The notes under the pieces are model-generated. The model saw nothing but the letters and a program-made list of their open reading frames with translations. It did not search any database and was not told the origin of the DNA. A stretch of 64,000 nt of DNA from Octopus sinensis (Eukaryota): assembly GCF_006345805.1 (NCBI RefSeq), contig NC_043002.1, positions 41,416,001 through 41,480,000 of the forward strand. Direction: 5' to 3'. A program made the position numbers and the translations under genes. Numbering within the stretch: the stretch's first letter is position 1; each line of letters opens with the position of its first letter. Shown here piece by piece: positions 39,046 to 51,036 of the stretch.

Positions 39046-39674
39046 AGAAGAAGAAGAAAATGATGAGTATGATGATGACAACAACAATGATGATGCTGAT
39101 TTGAAGCAATGTGACCGAGAGAAACAATGTTCGGTCATTTACGAAGAAAGACTGTTGTCAATAAAATATATTTTCTTGACATCAAATGGAGCAGTCTTGA
39201 TAATGTACTGCTTTTCCTCCTCAATTTTGGACAAAGCAGCACAAAACTGTCCGTAAGAATCTCTTTATTAAGACGGTGTTCTTTTCAGAGAATATTTGTC
39301 CTTCGCTTTTGTTTGATGACTTTGCAAATATGGTTTCGCTGGAAATAGTTTTCCCCTCGATCACATAGAAATTTGGAATGTACGTCCATGTTTATGCATG
39401 TGTGTGTGTGTGTGTGTGTGTCTCAAAGCCACAGATTGATAACCTTTATAGACTGACAGGAAGATGAACAGACACTAGAGAAAGTGTAACTTAACCAATG
39501 ATATGATCAGATTTTTTGTTACCTCTCAAGTTTTACATCCTCCTCTTCCTTCAAATCATCATTATTGTCATTGTCATCGTCATCATCATCATCATCATCA
39601 TCATCATTGTCATCACCATCATCTTCATGCTGCAGCAGCGTCACTATCACCATTAACATCACCATCACCATTAC

Positions 39675-39713
<39 letters not shown>

Positions 39714-40686
39714 TGTCATCATCATCATCATCATCACCATCATCATCATCATTGTCATCATCATTGTTTTCATACTGCAGCAGCAACATCGCTATCACCA
39801 TTACCATCACCATCGCCATCATCATCATCATCACCATCATCATCATCTTCGTCATCATCTTCGTCATCGTCATCATCAATAGCAGCAGAAGCGGTAGCAA
39901 CATCACTAATGTTGCCATCGTTGTCCTCCTCGTCAATAGCATTGCAGTCACTATGATCGTCATCATTTTAACATCCGTTATTCAGGCTGGAATACTTATA
40001 AGTGTTTTGAGATGCTTTGTTTGGAATGGTAATTGTCGTAAGTCCATATCAGAATCAATGTTTCCAAATACACAAATCACACCCTCTCTATATCTCACTC
40101 ATCACTCCCTTTTTATCTTTTTTTCTCCCTCCTTTCTTTTCTCTCTCACTCTCTTCTTGTGCCTTTCTTTCCTTATATACACAAATATATATATATACAC
40201 ATTCACACACATACACATGCACGTGTATGCATATATATATATATATATAGATATATAGATATATATTCATATACATATATATCATCATCACCATCATCCA
40301 ATATCAATTTTCCATGCTGGCATGGGTTGGACAGCTTAACAGGAGTCTAAGTTTGAACCTTTTGAGCACTACTAAGCGTCTTCGATATGATAAATATTTG
40401 GATCTCATCTGTGAATTATATATATATACATACATATATATATATATATATATTAAATTAGAGATAAAACCACTATTAGGCAAATCAAACAGTGAAAATC
40501 ATAAACCAATACATAGAAATAAAATTAATTAATAAAAAATATATAAAATATAAAATTCAAAATTTAAATTATTTAAATTTAAAGTTAAAATTTTAAAAAA
40601 TATTTAAATTAATAATTTATACTATAAAATTAGATTTAATCCTAAATCTAATTTTTCCCTATAAGTTTGGATTTACTCTCCCTAAG

Positions 40687-40764
<78 letters not shown>

Positions 40765-40767
<3 letters not shown>

Positions 40768-41222
40768 GGTGTGCCAGGCATTTGTGAACTTCAAGCTATA
40801 AATGAAGGACAGTCTAATGTAATGTAACAAGATATGCTTTCTAGCTTCTCTTTCATATATAAAGACAGCATAAGCCAAACAGATTCCAGCCTGACACAGG
40901 AAATGAAAAGGCATACGATTCTTACATTTCTAACCAACAGCCATTCCAATTCAAGGGATGATAGCTTCTTGAATATGGCTTTCTCAATACAACATTCAGT
41001 GTTGGAAAAGAGCTCTGGAGTCCTCTGGTGGCGGCATGTCGTTTGCAACCAAAATAAAAATATCATTCTCTGTTCTCAGACATCATCACAACAGCCATGT
41101 TCATCGTGCAGGCCCAGGATATCATAACAACAACCCTAGCAGATTGAAGAGAGAAGCCATCATTGATCAGCTCAAAATGACTGAATTCACTATCAGAAGT
41201 ATGTTGCACAAAGACATTAAGT
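40765..41222 (+). mobile_element. Tc1/mariner-superfamily 5' fragment
   Basis: TA-CAGGGTGTGCCA terminus; degenerate N-terminal HTH-like frames MKRHTILTFLTNSHSNS...TIRSMLHKDIK. Confidence 0.55.
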
Positions 41223-41425
41223 AGAAGTTACAGGGACATAAACACACCAGCCTCAGTTGTCAAACAGTGATAGGGAGAGACAAACACAGACACACACATA
41301 CATAAACATATACATATATATATGCTCCTACTTTTCTTTAATACTGTTAAATCTTATCAATTATTTATAAATATATATTGTAATTATAACGTCTTCATTT
41401 ATGTTGTAAATTTATTTTATGTTAT

Positions 41426-41543
41426 TGAGACCTGAAGAGTGGCTATGTATCGTTGGATTGAAGAAATATTAATTTTTGAGATTATTGATTTTGATATCAT
41501 AGATTTGTATACGCAGTCATGAAACGAGCACCATCGCTTTCAT
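41426..41543 (+). ncRNA. Decayed hammerhead with long loop II
   Basis: CTGAAGA (41432) GTGGCTATGTAT...ATACGCAGTCAT (11/12 pairs) GAAAC (41521); helices III and I degenerate. Confidence 0.45.
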
Positions 41544-41764
41544 GTGTATTTTTTTAATGTGTATCATTTAGTATAGAAATATTTAATACAATATTAATAA
41601 TAATGTCGTTTTAATGTGTATTAATCAGTATAGAAATTTTTAGTACAATGTTAATAATAATATATTTAAATTTATATTTTATTATAGATAATATCTTTCA
41701 TTATTAATTTGAATTACTTAATGGAGGTTCTGTCTCTTAATTCTATATGTATATATATATATAC

Positions 41765-42209
41765 AATCTCTTTTACTCTTTTACTTGTTTCAGTCATTTG
41801 ACTGTGGCCATGCTGGAGCACCACCTTTAGTCGAGCAAATCGACTCCAGGACTTATTCTTTGTAAGCTTTGTACTTATTCTATCGGTCTGTTTTGCTGAA
41901 CCACTAAATTACAGGGATGTAAACACACCAGCATCGGTTGTCAAGCAATGTTAGGGGGACAAATACAGACACAAAAAAAATATATATATATATATATATA
42001 TACATATATACATATATACAATGGGCTTCTTTCAGTTTATGTCTACCAAATCCACTCACAAGGCTTTTGTTGGCCCTAGGCTATAGTAGAAGACACTTGC
42101 CCGAGGTGCCATACAGCGGGACTGAACCTGGAACCATGTGGTTCATAAGCAAGCAACTTACCACACAGCCACTCCTACGCCTATACTTACCACACAGCCA
42201 CTCCTAACA

Positions 42210-42210
<1 letters not shown>
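41765..42210 (-). mobile_element. SINE family A copy with duplicated head
   Basis: Reverse complement of family A; CCACACAGCCACTCCT occurs twice at about 42161 and 42190. Confidence 0.85.
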
Positions 42211-42245
<35 letters not shown>

Positions 42246-42541
42246 ATATGTATTTCTATATATGTATATGTATGTATATACACTTGCAAGCATAGAAAAG
42301 TAGATGTTAAAATGTTGATGTGAGCAATGATGATGATGACAGTAATGATGATATTAGCAATATTAATATAGTTGGATATAAATCTGCTTGTCTCAGTCCT
42401 TTTGTCCTTTGTCAAGTTTATATCAAATCCCACATGATCAGCTGCTATTTTTTCATTGGTCCAAGGGATTTTTTGATACTATCTGAAAATGTGAGTGCTT
42501 ATAGAAACATATGTTTATTGCAGAAGAGACAATGACGTTGT

Positions 42542-42573
<32 letters not shown>

Positions 42574-42583
42574 TAGTAGTAGT

Positions 42584-42628
<45 letters not shown>

Positions 42629-42885
42629 GCTTATACTGTTTTGCTCTGGTTTATAAAAGATATTTTTTTTCCTTTCTGTTCATTTCTTCATGTCAGAGTT
42701 ATGTCATAGCCTCAAGAAATTTATAATTATCTACAATTATTAATGAAGCACTTTAACCTAAATGAGCTGAGATGTACTCTGTTGAATTCTTGTAAGTCTT
42801 ATAGCCATATATATGTGTGTGTGTATGTGTGTATTATGGGGGGGGGATGTATGTGTGTGTGTGTGTGTATATATATATATTTATA

Positions 42886-43080
42886 CAGGATGTTCCAAAA
42901 AATGTACACACACATCAAATTATTATTATTAAAAAGTTAGTGCTTATTAAAATATATAATGTTTTCAAATTTTAACTGACAGAATTTAGTTTTCAAACAG
43001 TTTTCAAACTTATGACCATTCTCATCTGATAATACAAAGCAATGGAATCACAAACAACATGAAATATTTCATTCCGTATT
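42886..43080 (-). mobile_element. Tc1/mariner terminal fragment
   Basis: TA-CAGGATGTTCCAAAAAATGTACAC terminus; minus frame ..ENGHKFENCL resembles a transposase C-terminus. Confidence 0.45.
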
Positions 43081-43099
43081 TATGCACAGTGAGCTGGCT

Positions 43100-43765
43100 G
43101 AAATATTAGCATTTCTACAACTGGATGCCCTTACTAATACCAACCACTCTGAGAGTATAATGGATGCTTTTATGTGCCACCGGCACTGGTAGCAATTTGT
43201 GTGACACTGGTATATGCCATGACTGTGATTTTGCTCGGCTTGATGGGTCTTCTTCTCAAGCACCACATAATGCCAAACGTCTCGGTCATCGCTTCTGTGA
43301 AGCCCAACACTCAAAAGGAACTCAGCCATTTTGTCTCCGTGAGGCCCAATCCTCAAAAGGTGTTCTGTACATGTCACCAACATGGGTGCTCTTGGCTTGA
43401 CGGGTCCTCTCAAACCCAGTACATCATCAAAAGTCTCAGTCTTTAGTCATTGCCTCTGTGAGGCTCAAAGTTCAAAGATCAAGCTTCACCACCTCGTTCC
43501 ATGTCTTCCTGGGTCTACCTCTACCACGGGTTCCCTCCACAGTTTTGAGATCACCACTTCTTTACACAGCTGTCCTGATCCACATGCATCCCATGACTAT
43601 ACCATGGTCATCTCAAGATGCTTACACTCTGTCAAACATGCACATCTAGCAAACCATACTGGCTTCATTTCTTTCACACCTATATTCTCAGCTGTCACAG
43701 CCCATGTTTCACTGCCATGTAGTATAGCTGTTTGCACACAGGCATCCAACAATCTGCCCTTCACT
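43100..43765 (-). mobile_element. RTE LINE 3' fragment (RT C-terminus plus 3' UTR)
   Basis: Reverse-complement match to 62480-62700 (TAILHGSETWAV region) followed by 3' UTR. Confidence 0.8.
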
Positions 43766-43917
43766 CTATATATATGTATTTGTATTTATGAATATATATA
43801 TAGAAACATTGCCAGATCAGACTGGGCCTGGTGCAGCCTTCTGGCTTCCCAGACCCCCAGTTGAACCGTCCAACCCATGCCAGCATGGAAAGCGGATGCT
43901 AAACAATGATGATGATG

Positions 43918-43949
<32 letters not shown>

Positions 43950-45423
43950 GATACACACACACATATATTTATATATATATTTATTCTTGTGTAAGACACT
44001 TTATTTCATGTTGCTCCAGTTCATTCAAATGTAGAAATGAGTAGTAACATTGCAGGTGCCAAGCTGTATCAGTATTTACCTTTTCCTTGGATAACATTGG
44101 TAGCATGGAGATGGGAGGCTGGGATGCATGAGCGACTGCTAGTCTTCCATAAACAACCTTGCCCAAGCTTGTGCTTCAGAGGGTAAGTTTCTAGGTGCAA
44201 TCCCATGGGGGTTCACGACCAAAAAGGTCTTTACCCCTTTTAATTGAGTGGATGATAAACCAGGGAGGGAGTAGGAAAGCGTAGGTGACAACTGAAAGAT
44301 TATGTAGGGTTAAAGTGTAGATGTACGTGGAGGTATATTGCTTGGTGGTTAGAGTGTTGGACTCATGTTTATAAGATTGTGATTTCAATTCCTGGAATGG
44401 ATAATGCATTGTTTTCTTTAGCAAAACACTTTATTTCATGACTGTGGCCATGCTGGAGCACCGCCTTTAGTCGAGCAAATCGACCCCAGGACTTATTCTT
44501 TGTAAGCTTAGTACTTATTCTATCAGTCTCTTTTGCCGAACCGCTAAGTTACAGGGACGTAAACACACCAGCATCGGTTGTCAAGCAATGTTGGAGGGAC
44601 AAACACAGACACACAAACATATACACATACAAAAAATATATAAATACATATATACAATGGGCTTCTTTCAGTTTACGTCTACCAAATCCACTCACAAGGC
44701 TTTGGTCGACCCGAGGCTATAGTAGAAGACGCATGCCCACTCAGCTTGTAAAATTATATATACACAAGAGAAATTGGGAAACTTACCCTATGCTGCTTAA
44801 GGAGTAATGTGGACTAACCATAAGGTGTGGATGTGGTGAATGGTAGATAAGCCAATGATGGTTGGGGTGAAAAGTATTCTTTTATTCTTCTACTTGTTTC
44901 AGTTATTTGACTGTGGCCATGCTGGAACACCACTTTAAATGTGTGTGTGTGTATATGTTTGTGTGTCTATGTTTGTCCCCCCTACATCGCCTGACAACCG
45001 ATGCTGGTGTGCTTACATCCCCGTAACCTAGTGGTTCGGCAAAAGAGAGTGATAGAATAAATACTAGGCTTACAAAGAATAAGTCCTGGGGTTGATTTGC
45101 TCGATCGACTAAAGGCAGTGCTCCAGTATGGCCTCAGTCAAATGCCTGAAACAAGTAAAAGAGTAAAGAGAGTATATATATGATAAATGTATATATTTTT
45201 CTACTGTCAAGCAGTATATTCCTGGTTATGGCATATAATTAGTCATCTTCCAGCCAGCATGTCTGAAGAGTCATCAATTTTGCCAAGTGCAATAACTGGT
45301 GTGAAACTGTCGATAATTTTCTGATATAACATAAAAATATAACTGGTCTAGTTTTCTTTTTTAGTGTGCTATTTTACTCACATACAGACAACTAACTGAT
45401 TATAAATATATATATAATATATA

Positions 45424-45512
<89 letters not shown>

Positions 45513-45567
45513 CATATATATATACATATTTATATATATATATGTATATATATATGTGTATATATAT

Positions 45568-45612
<45 letters not shown>

Positions 45613-46503
45613 ATATATATGTATATATGTATATATATGTATATATATATGTATATATATATATGCATATATACATATATATATAAAGATATATATATAT
45701 ATATATATATATGCATACTAACATAACACATACAAAAATATATACATATATATATATACAAACACACATTTAAATATGTACACATATATACACACATATA
45801 CATAGATATATATGTAAATATATATGTACATGTGTTTGTATATGTATATATATCTGAATGTATAATTATGTATATTTATATATGTGTGTGTGTGTATGTG
45901 TGTATATATATATATATATATTTGTGTGTGTGTGTGTGTGTGCACAATTCACATCGTTATCTAGCAATTCAACACAACAAAGGACTGTAGTTGTAATCAG
46001 AAGGAATCTATCGTTAATTACAATTTCATGAATCATAATTAATGAAACAATTCTTTGTTCTGCGATTAATATGATTTTGGTGCCTGGTCAACACCTTATT
46101 TCTTTCTATAACATTTGACCAAGCTTGTACAGCATGTACAATAGAACTATATACCATTGTATAATTAACTTTCTTGACTAATGGACGTTTATTGCCGTGC
46201 GTGAGTATATGAATTTTCATGCTTATATGTTGTGTGTGTGTGTGTGTGTGTGTGTGTATGCATGTGTGGCATGCGTATGTGCATGTGTGTGTGTGTGTGT
46301 GTGTGTATTTGAGGTCTTTTCTTCTCATTTGTTTAATTCACACAGACGTAAAGCTATAGCACCAATTACCTGCTGAGTCGTTGTGCACTCTCAGTAATTA
46401 AATATCTTCTTTAGATGTTTAGATGAACTAAAATTATACTGCCATGGTTCATGTGCATCTGTCTACAATATCTATCTATCTGTCTCTCATTCTTTTTCTC
46501 TGT

Positions 46504-46558
<55 letters not shown>

Positions 46559-46610
46559 TATATACATACCTATATATAAGTTTATATATATATATATATG
46601 TTTGTATGTG

Positions 46611-46648
<38 letters not shown>

Positions 46649-46780
46649 GCACTTTTTATTAAAGCTGCAAAATTTACGTAACTGTTACTCAGAGTTTCAC
46701 GATCCCACTCATTGAACAGTTGTGATATATATATATATATATATATAATATATATCATATATCATATACACATATATCTA

Positions 46781-46857
<77 letters not shown>

Positions 46858-47274
46858 ATGTATATATATATATATATATATATGATTTGTCTATGTTCCG
46901 TGTTCGTCCCTCCTGTATTTCACGTTCATTATATATAAAAACATTCATTCTTATATTATTGCGGCGTTACGTGCACCCCCCCCCCGTTTGTTTGTCCAAT
47001 TTTAAACCCTGCACGACTTCTATACACACTGTCTTTCCTACCCGCCATTGCTTCTTCACCAAACTATTTTGGCGCCCTCCGATTCTTCCCCCCTCTTCCT
47101 CCCATCCTCCTTAATCCCTTCTTTCTCCTTTTCTCTTGGTCACTGATTCTGTCCCCTGCCTTCCACCCTCTTTGATTCCCTCTCTCTCTGTCTCTCTTTC
47201 TCTCTCTCTCCTGCGACCTGCTGATTCTTAACCATTCTGTTGGCCATCGTATCTTGACCAACATGTGTCCCCGC

Positions 47275-48986
47275 GGATCAGTTGTCTGTTCGTCAGTTTG
47301 AGTTCGGTCGTGTTTTTTTACGCTCGTAAAATTCGGTAAAAAAGATCAAAAAGAATTGTTGTTGTTGTAGAAATTTTGAACGGCGTTGAAGCGGTTTCGC
47401 GTTCCGCTGGTTCTGCGCGTTACACTTTTTCTGTCTTGACGGCCGTTTTCGGCCTGTCAAACAGGAGGAAATGGATGACCACTACCTAGTGGAGGAGTCG
47501 GAGGAGGAATGGATATTTGAGAGCTTGTCGGAGACGTCGAACTCTGAAGACGAGCAAATCGGTGATGTAAATAATGTGGAGATAAAAAACAGGAAAACGT
47601 ACGCAGGAGTTGCAAAAAAGAAGACGGAACAGGAAAAAGAAATAAACCTAGAAAAATTGCCAGGTTTCCAGAGGTATATGAGGAAGGACAGCGGCGAGGT
47701 GGAACTGGAACCACCACCAAAGAGAAAGGAATGGTACAATAAAAGGACCATAATTTACAGGGTGTTCGCGAACGAAAGAAAGAAAATAGAAATTATAAAC
47801 ATGGAATGGATAGAGGAGGCCCTGAGAAGATCGGAGGAGGAAATCATTTTTCTGACTCGAGGATCGAAGTACGGTACTGTAGTGGTACATTTTAAAAGCG
47901 AGACTGCAGCGAGGAAGATGGCGGTGAAGACAGTGAAGTCAGAAAAGGTAACACTTTTACCAATGTACTTGAATAGAAGGATTACACGAGTAAGGGTGGA
48001 GGGAGTGCCACCAAACGTTGAGGCTGAGTGGATTGTGGTGGCTGTGATCAGCGGCCATGAGGAGAAAGTGGATATTCTCCATGCCTCGGTCAAGACCGAG
48101 GGCTGGAGAGGCATAATAGTGGAGCTAAACGTGCAGGCGGAGAGCGAGGTACTGGTGGACCTGGCGGAGAGCATTAAATTGGGAGACGTGATTATGAGAG
48201 TGTGGGTGGAGGGCAGAGCTCCACGTTGTTACAAGTGTGGCCTGAGGGGCCACATAAGAGCCTTCTGCCCTCCCCCACCAAGAGAAAAGGAAATCGTTGA
48301 GGAAACTCCAAAAGAGGAGGCCCCAAAAGAAGAAGAAATTAAAGAGAAGCAGACGGAAAGGGAAATGACAGAGGAGGAGGAGATGCAAAAAGAGTGTGAG
48401 GAGGGCAGAAAGAAGAGAAAAGGAAAGAAAAGGAAAAACTGTGCGAAGCCCCAACCCACCCCAATACCACCCACACCCTTGGAGACCCATCCTGCCCCCG
48501 CAAACAGCAATCCCACCCACTCCCCGCCTACAAGAAAAACGAAACAGACACACAGAACATACAAAAGCCCCAGTCCTACTTTTTTGTGTTGTGGGAAGGG
48601 GGATACTGAGAACGCAAGAAGGCTTTTTGAGACGATGTATGGCAGGAGTATGAGGACGGAAGCTATGCGGTATTCGATTTTGAACTCATGGGCTCTTTGA
48701 TGAGCAAGTGCAATGAACTACGTATAAATTGTTTATCAGCATATATGAAGGATGATATGATAGAGAGATATGAGAGAGAAATGAAAGGTGAGGTGAAAAA
48801 CTTTGGAATCGTGATAGGAAACGGAAAGGTAAGTGATGCTGGCGGAGGGGGCCGTTAGCATCGCTTTCATGTTATCATTTTTTCATTTTAACATTCATTT
48901 AATCATAATTTTAATCGCATTGTTTTATGTCCCCCATGTTTTGTAATGTTCCCTCTTCGTGGCCCCTAGTGGGTAATAAAGAAATA
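47275..48986 (+). mobile_element. ORF1-only Tx1/L1-like non-LTR element (HAL1-like), 1712 bp
   Basis: Perfect 19-bp TSD GACCAACATGTGTCCCCGC at 47256-47274 and 48987-49005; 196-nt 5' UTR; ends ...GTGGGTAATAAAGAAATA; no APE or RT sequence. Confidence 0.8.
47471..48700 (+). CDS. Gag-like ORF1p with CCHC zinc knuckle (409 aa)
   Basis: LLPMYLNRRITRVRVEGVPP (RRM-like region of Tx1/L1 ORF1) and VEGRAPR-CYKCGLRGHIRAFC (CX2CX4HX4C), then acidic, basic and Pro-rich tails. Confidence 0.85.
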   Translation: MDDHYLVEESEEEWIFESLSETSNSEDEQIGDVNNVEIKNRKTYAGVAKKKTEQEKEINLEKLPGFQRYMRKDSGEVELEPPPKRKEWYNKRTIIYRVFANERKKIEIINMEWIEEALRRSEEEIIFLTRGSKYGTVVVHFKSETAARKMAVKTVKSEKVTLLPMYLNRRITRVRVEGVPPNVEAEWIVVAVISGHEEKVDILHASVKTEGWRGIIVELNVQAESEVLVDLAESIKLGDVIMRVWVEGRAPRCYKCGLRGHIRAFCPPPPREKEIVEETPKEEAPKEEEIKEKQTEREMTEEEEMQKECEEGRKKRKGKKRKNCAKPQPTPIPPTPLETHPAPANSNPTHSPPTRKTKQTHRTYKSPSPTFLCCGKGDTENARRLFETMYGRSMRTEAMRYSILNSWAL

Positions 48987-49380
48987 GACCAACATGTGTC
49001 CCCGCTACCGAAACGGTAATTATTTCTACGCCCCTGCTATGTTGTTGTTGTTTTGTCTCATTTGGTCTAAAGTCGTATGACAACCACCGTTATATATATT
49101 TTGTTTATTCATTACTGTTTTCAATTTCGTTTTCGTCTCTTGTATTTACATCCGTCTTGTGCGTTCACATTCCTGTCTTCTACCAAGAAATCTAATGCTT
49201 ACAGCTTAGTTTTTTTCTTGGGGCTGGCCGAGTTGGAGCAAATATCAGAATTGAACAGCCGAAATTTGCTATGATGATTCGGTGTCTGACTGAAGATTGA
49301 AGGCTTCGAATGATTTGTCTGTGTTCCGTGTTCGTCCTTTCCTGTATTTCACGTTCATTATATATAAAAACATTCATTCT

Positions 49381-49414
<34 letters not shown>

Positions 49415-49416
49415 TA

Positions 49417-50688
49417 CAGGGGTTGGACAAAATAATGGAAACACCTAACATCATAGCATCATAATTTTGAAATATCTATAAAGCCTTCAAACGCTTGTTT
49501 ATTTTTATGCTTTTTGATTTATTACTAGTGTTGCTTAATGAGTTTTGTTAAAATTTCTGTTTCTTTTCAGATATCATCAAAAAAGGGTAATTAAAATTAA
49601 TTAAAATGACAGATCTATTGGACTTTCAAAGAGATCAAACTGTTGGTGCTCATATGGCAGGTGCTAGCGTAATGAAAACAGCTGAAATGTTTGGTGTATC
49701 AAGAAGTACTGTCTTGAAAGTAGTGACAGCCTTTGAGAAAGAGGGAAAAACTTCCTCATCGAAACAGAACTCTGGAATAAAACCAAAACTTTCAGATAGG
49801 GACTGTCAGACTCTTACGAGAATTGTTAGAAAGAATCACAAAAGTACAGTTCCCCAAATTACTGCAGAGCTTAATGACCACCTTGAGAACCCAATTTATA
49901 CAAAAACTGTTCGCTGGGAGCTGCACAAAACCGGATTTTGCACAAAACTGGATGTCACAGAAAACCACTACTTTCAAAAACAAACGTTGCAAAGTGTTTA
50001 GAGTAGAGTAAAACCTACAGAATTGGTTCCTAGAACAGTGGAAGAATGTTATTTTCTCGGACAAGTCATCCTTTACCTTATTTCTGACCACTGGCTGAGT
50101 ATACATGTGGAGACAGCCAAAAGAAGCATTTGATCCAGACTGCCTTCTTCCAACTGTTAAACATAGAGGAGGGTCTGTGATAATCTGGGGGGACTAAATC
50201 TTGGAAATCTGCTGGCCCAATGGTTTCCCTTCATAGCAAAATTAATAGACAAGACAATTTAAGCATTTTATCTGATCAAATTCATATGGTTGCAGAACTG
50301 TTTCTGGAGAGAAACGCAATCTTTCAGGATGATAATGCACCAATTCACACAGTTAAAGTTGTTACTGAATGGCACAAGGAACATTCTAGTGATGTTGAAC
50401 ATCTTATCTGGCCACAACATTCCCCAGATCTCCATATTATTGAACATTTATGGTGCATTTTAGAAAAACAAGTAAGGAGTTAATATCCTCCACCATCATC
50501 ACTACAAGAACTGGAGACTGTTTTAGCTGAAGAATAGACAAAAATTCCTTTGGAAACAATTCAAACTTTGTATGAGTCCATACCTTATAGAATTCAAGCT
50601 GTAATTACTGCCAAAGGTGGTCATACTCCATATTAGAATAAATTTGTTTGAAATTTTAAGGTGTTCCTATTATTTTGTCCAACCCCTG
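49417..50688 (+). mobile_element. Full-length Tc1 (DD34E) transposon, inactivated, 1272 bp
   Basis: 29-bp TIRs CAGGGGTTGGACAAAATAAT(GGA/AGG)AACACC at 27/29, TA on the left; transposase split into HTH (49606-), WKNVIFSDKSSF, QDDNAPIH and SPDLHIIEHLW pieces by frameshifts and stops. Confidence 0.95.
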
Positions 50689-50690
50689 TG

Positions 50691-50777
<87 letters not shown>

Positions 50778-51036
50778 TGTTGTGTCTGGGGAGAGTCATT
50801 GTCGTAATGTTTTATCCCCTAAAACACTCACCAGTTCAATTTCCACTCATTTATCATTTATATTTTTTCTTTCAAAATTTTTGTTGCTTTTGCAACCTTG
50901 TCAATGAATATTGAGTCTGTCCGTTATTGGAGCTGCATTCCCTTTTGTCTGTTTGTCACCAAACAGTGTAAAATTAACGATGGAACTTGAGGAAATCCAG
51001 CAAAGCTACACAAAGAAAATGGGTTCAGTGATTCAT

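Larger units (their letters stand above)
46882..49385. mobile_element. Unclassified element with about 75-bp terminal direct repeats (host of the nested insertion)
   Basis: ATGATTTGTCT(A/G)TGTTCCGTGTTCGTCC..TCCTGTATTTCACGTTCATTATATATAAAAACATTCATTCTTATAT at 46882-46956 and 49310-49385; flanked by (TA)n. Confidence 0.75.

Noticed and set aside
45255-45320. CTGAAGA-GTCATCA...TGGTGT-GAAAC possible hammerhead
   Set aside because: Needs a deletion to pair helix II; helices I and III absent.
46026-46200. Minus frame LVKKVNYTMVYSSIVHAVQAWSN.. resembling a LINE RT C-terminus
   Set aside because: Similarity too loose to call without a search.
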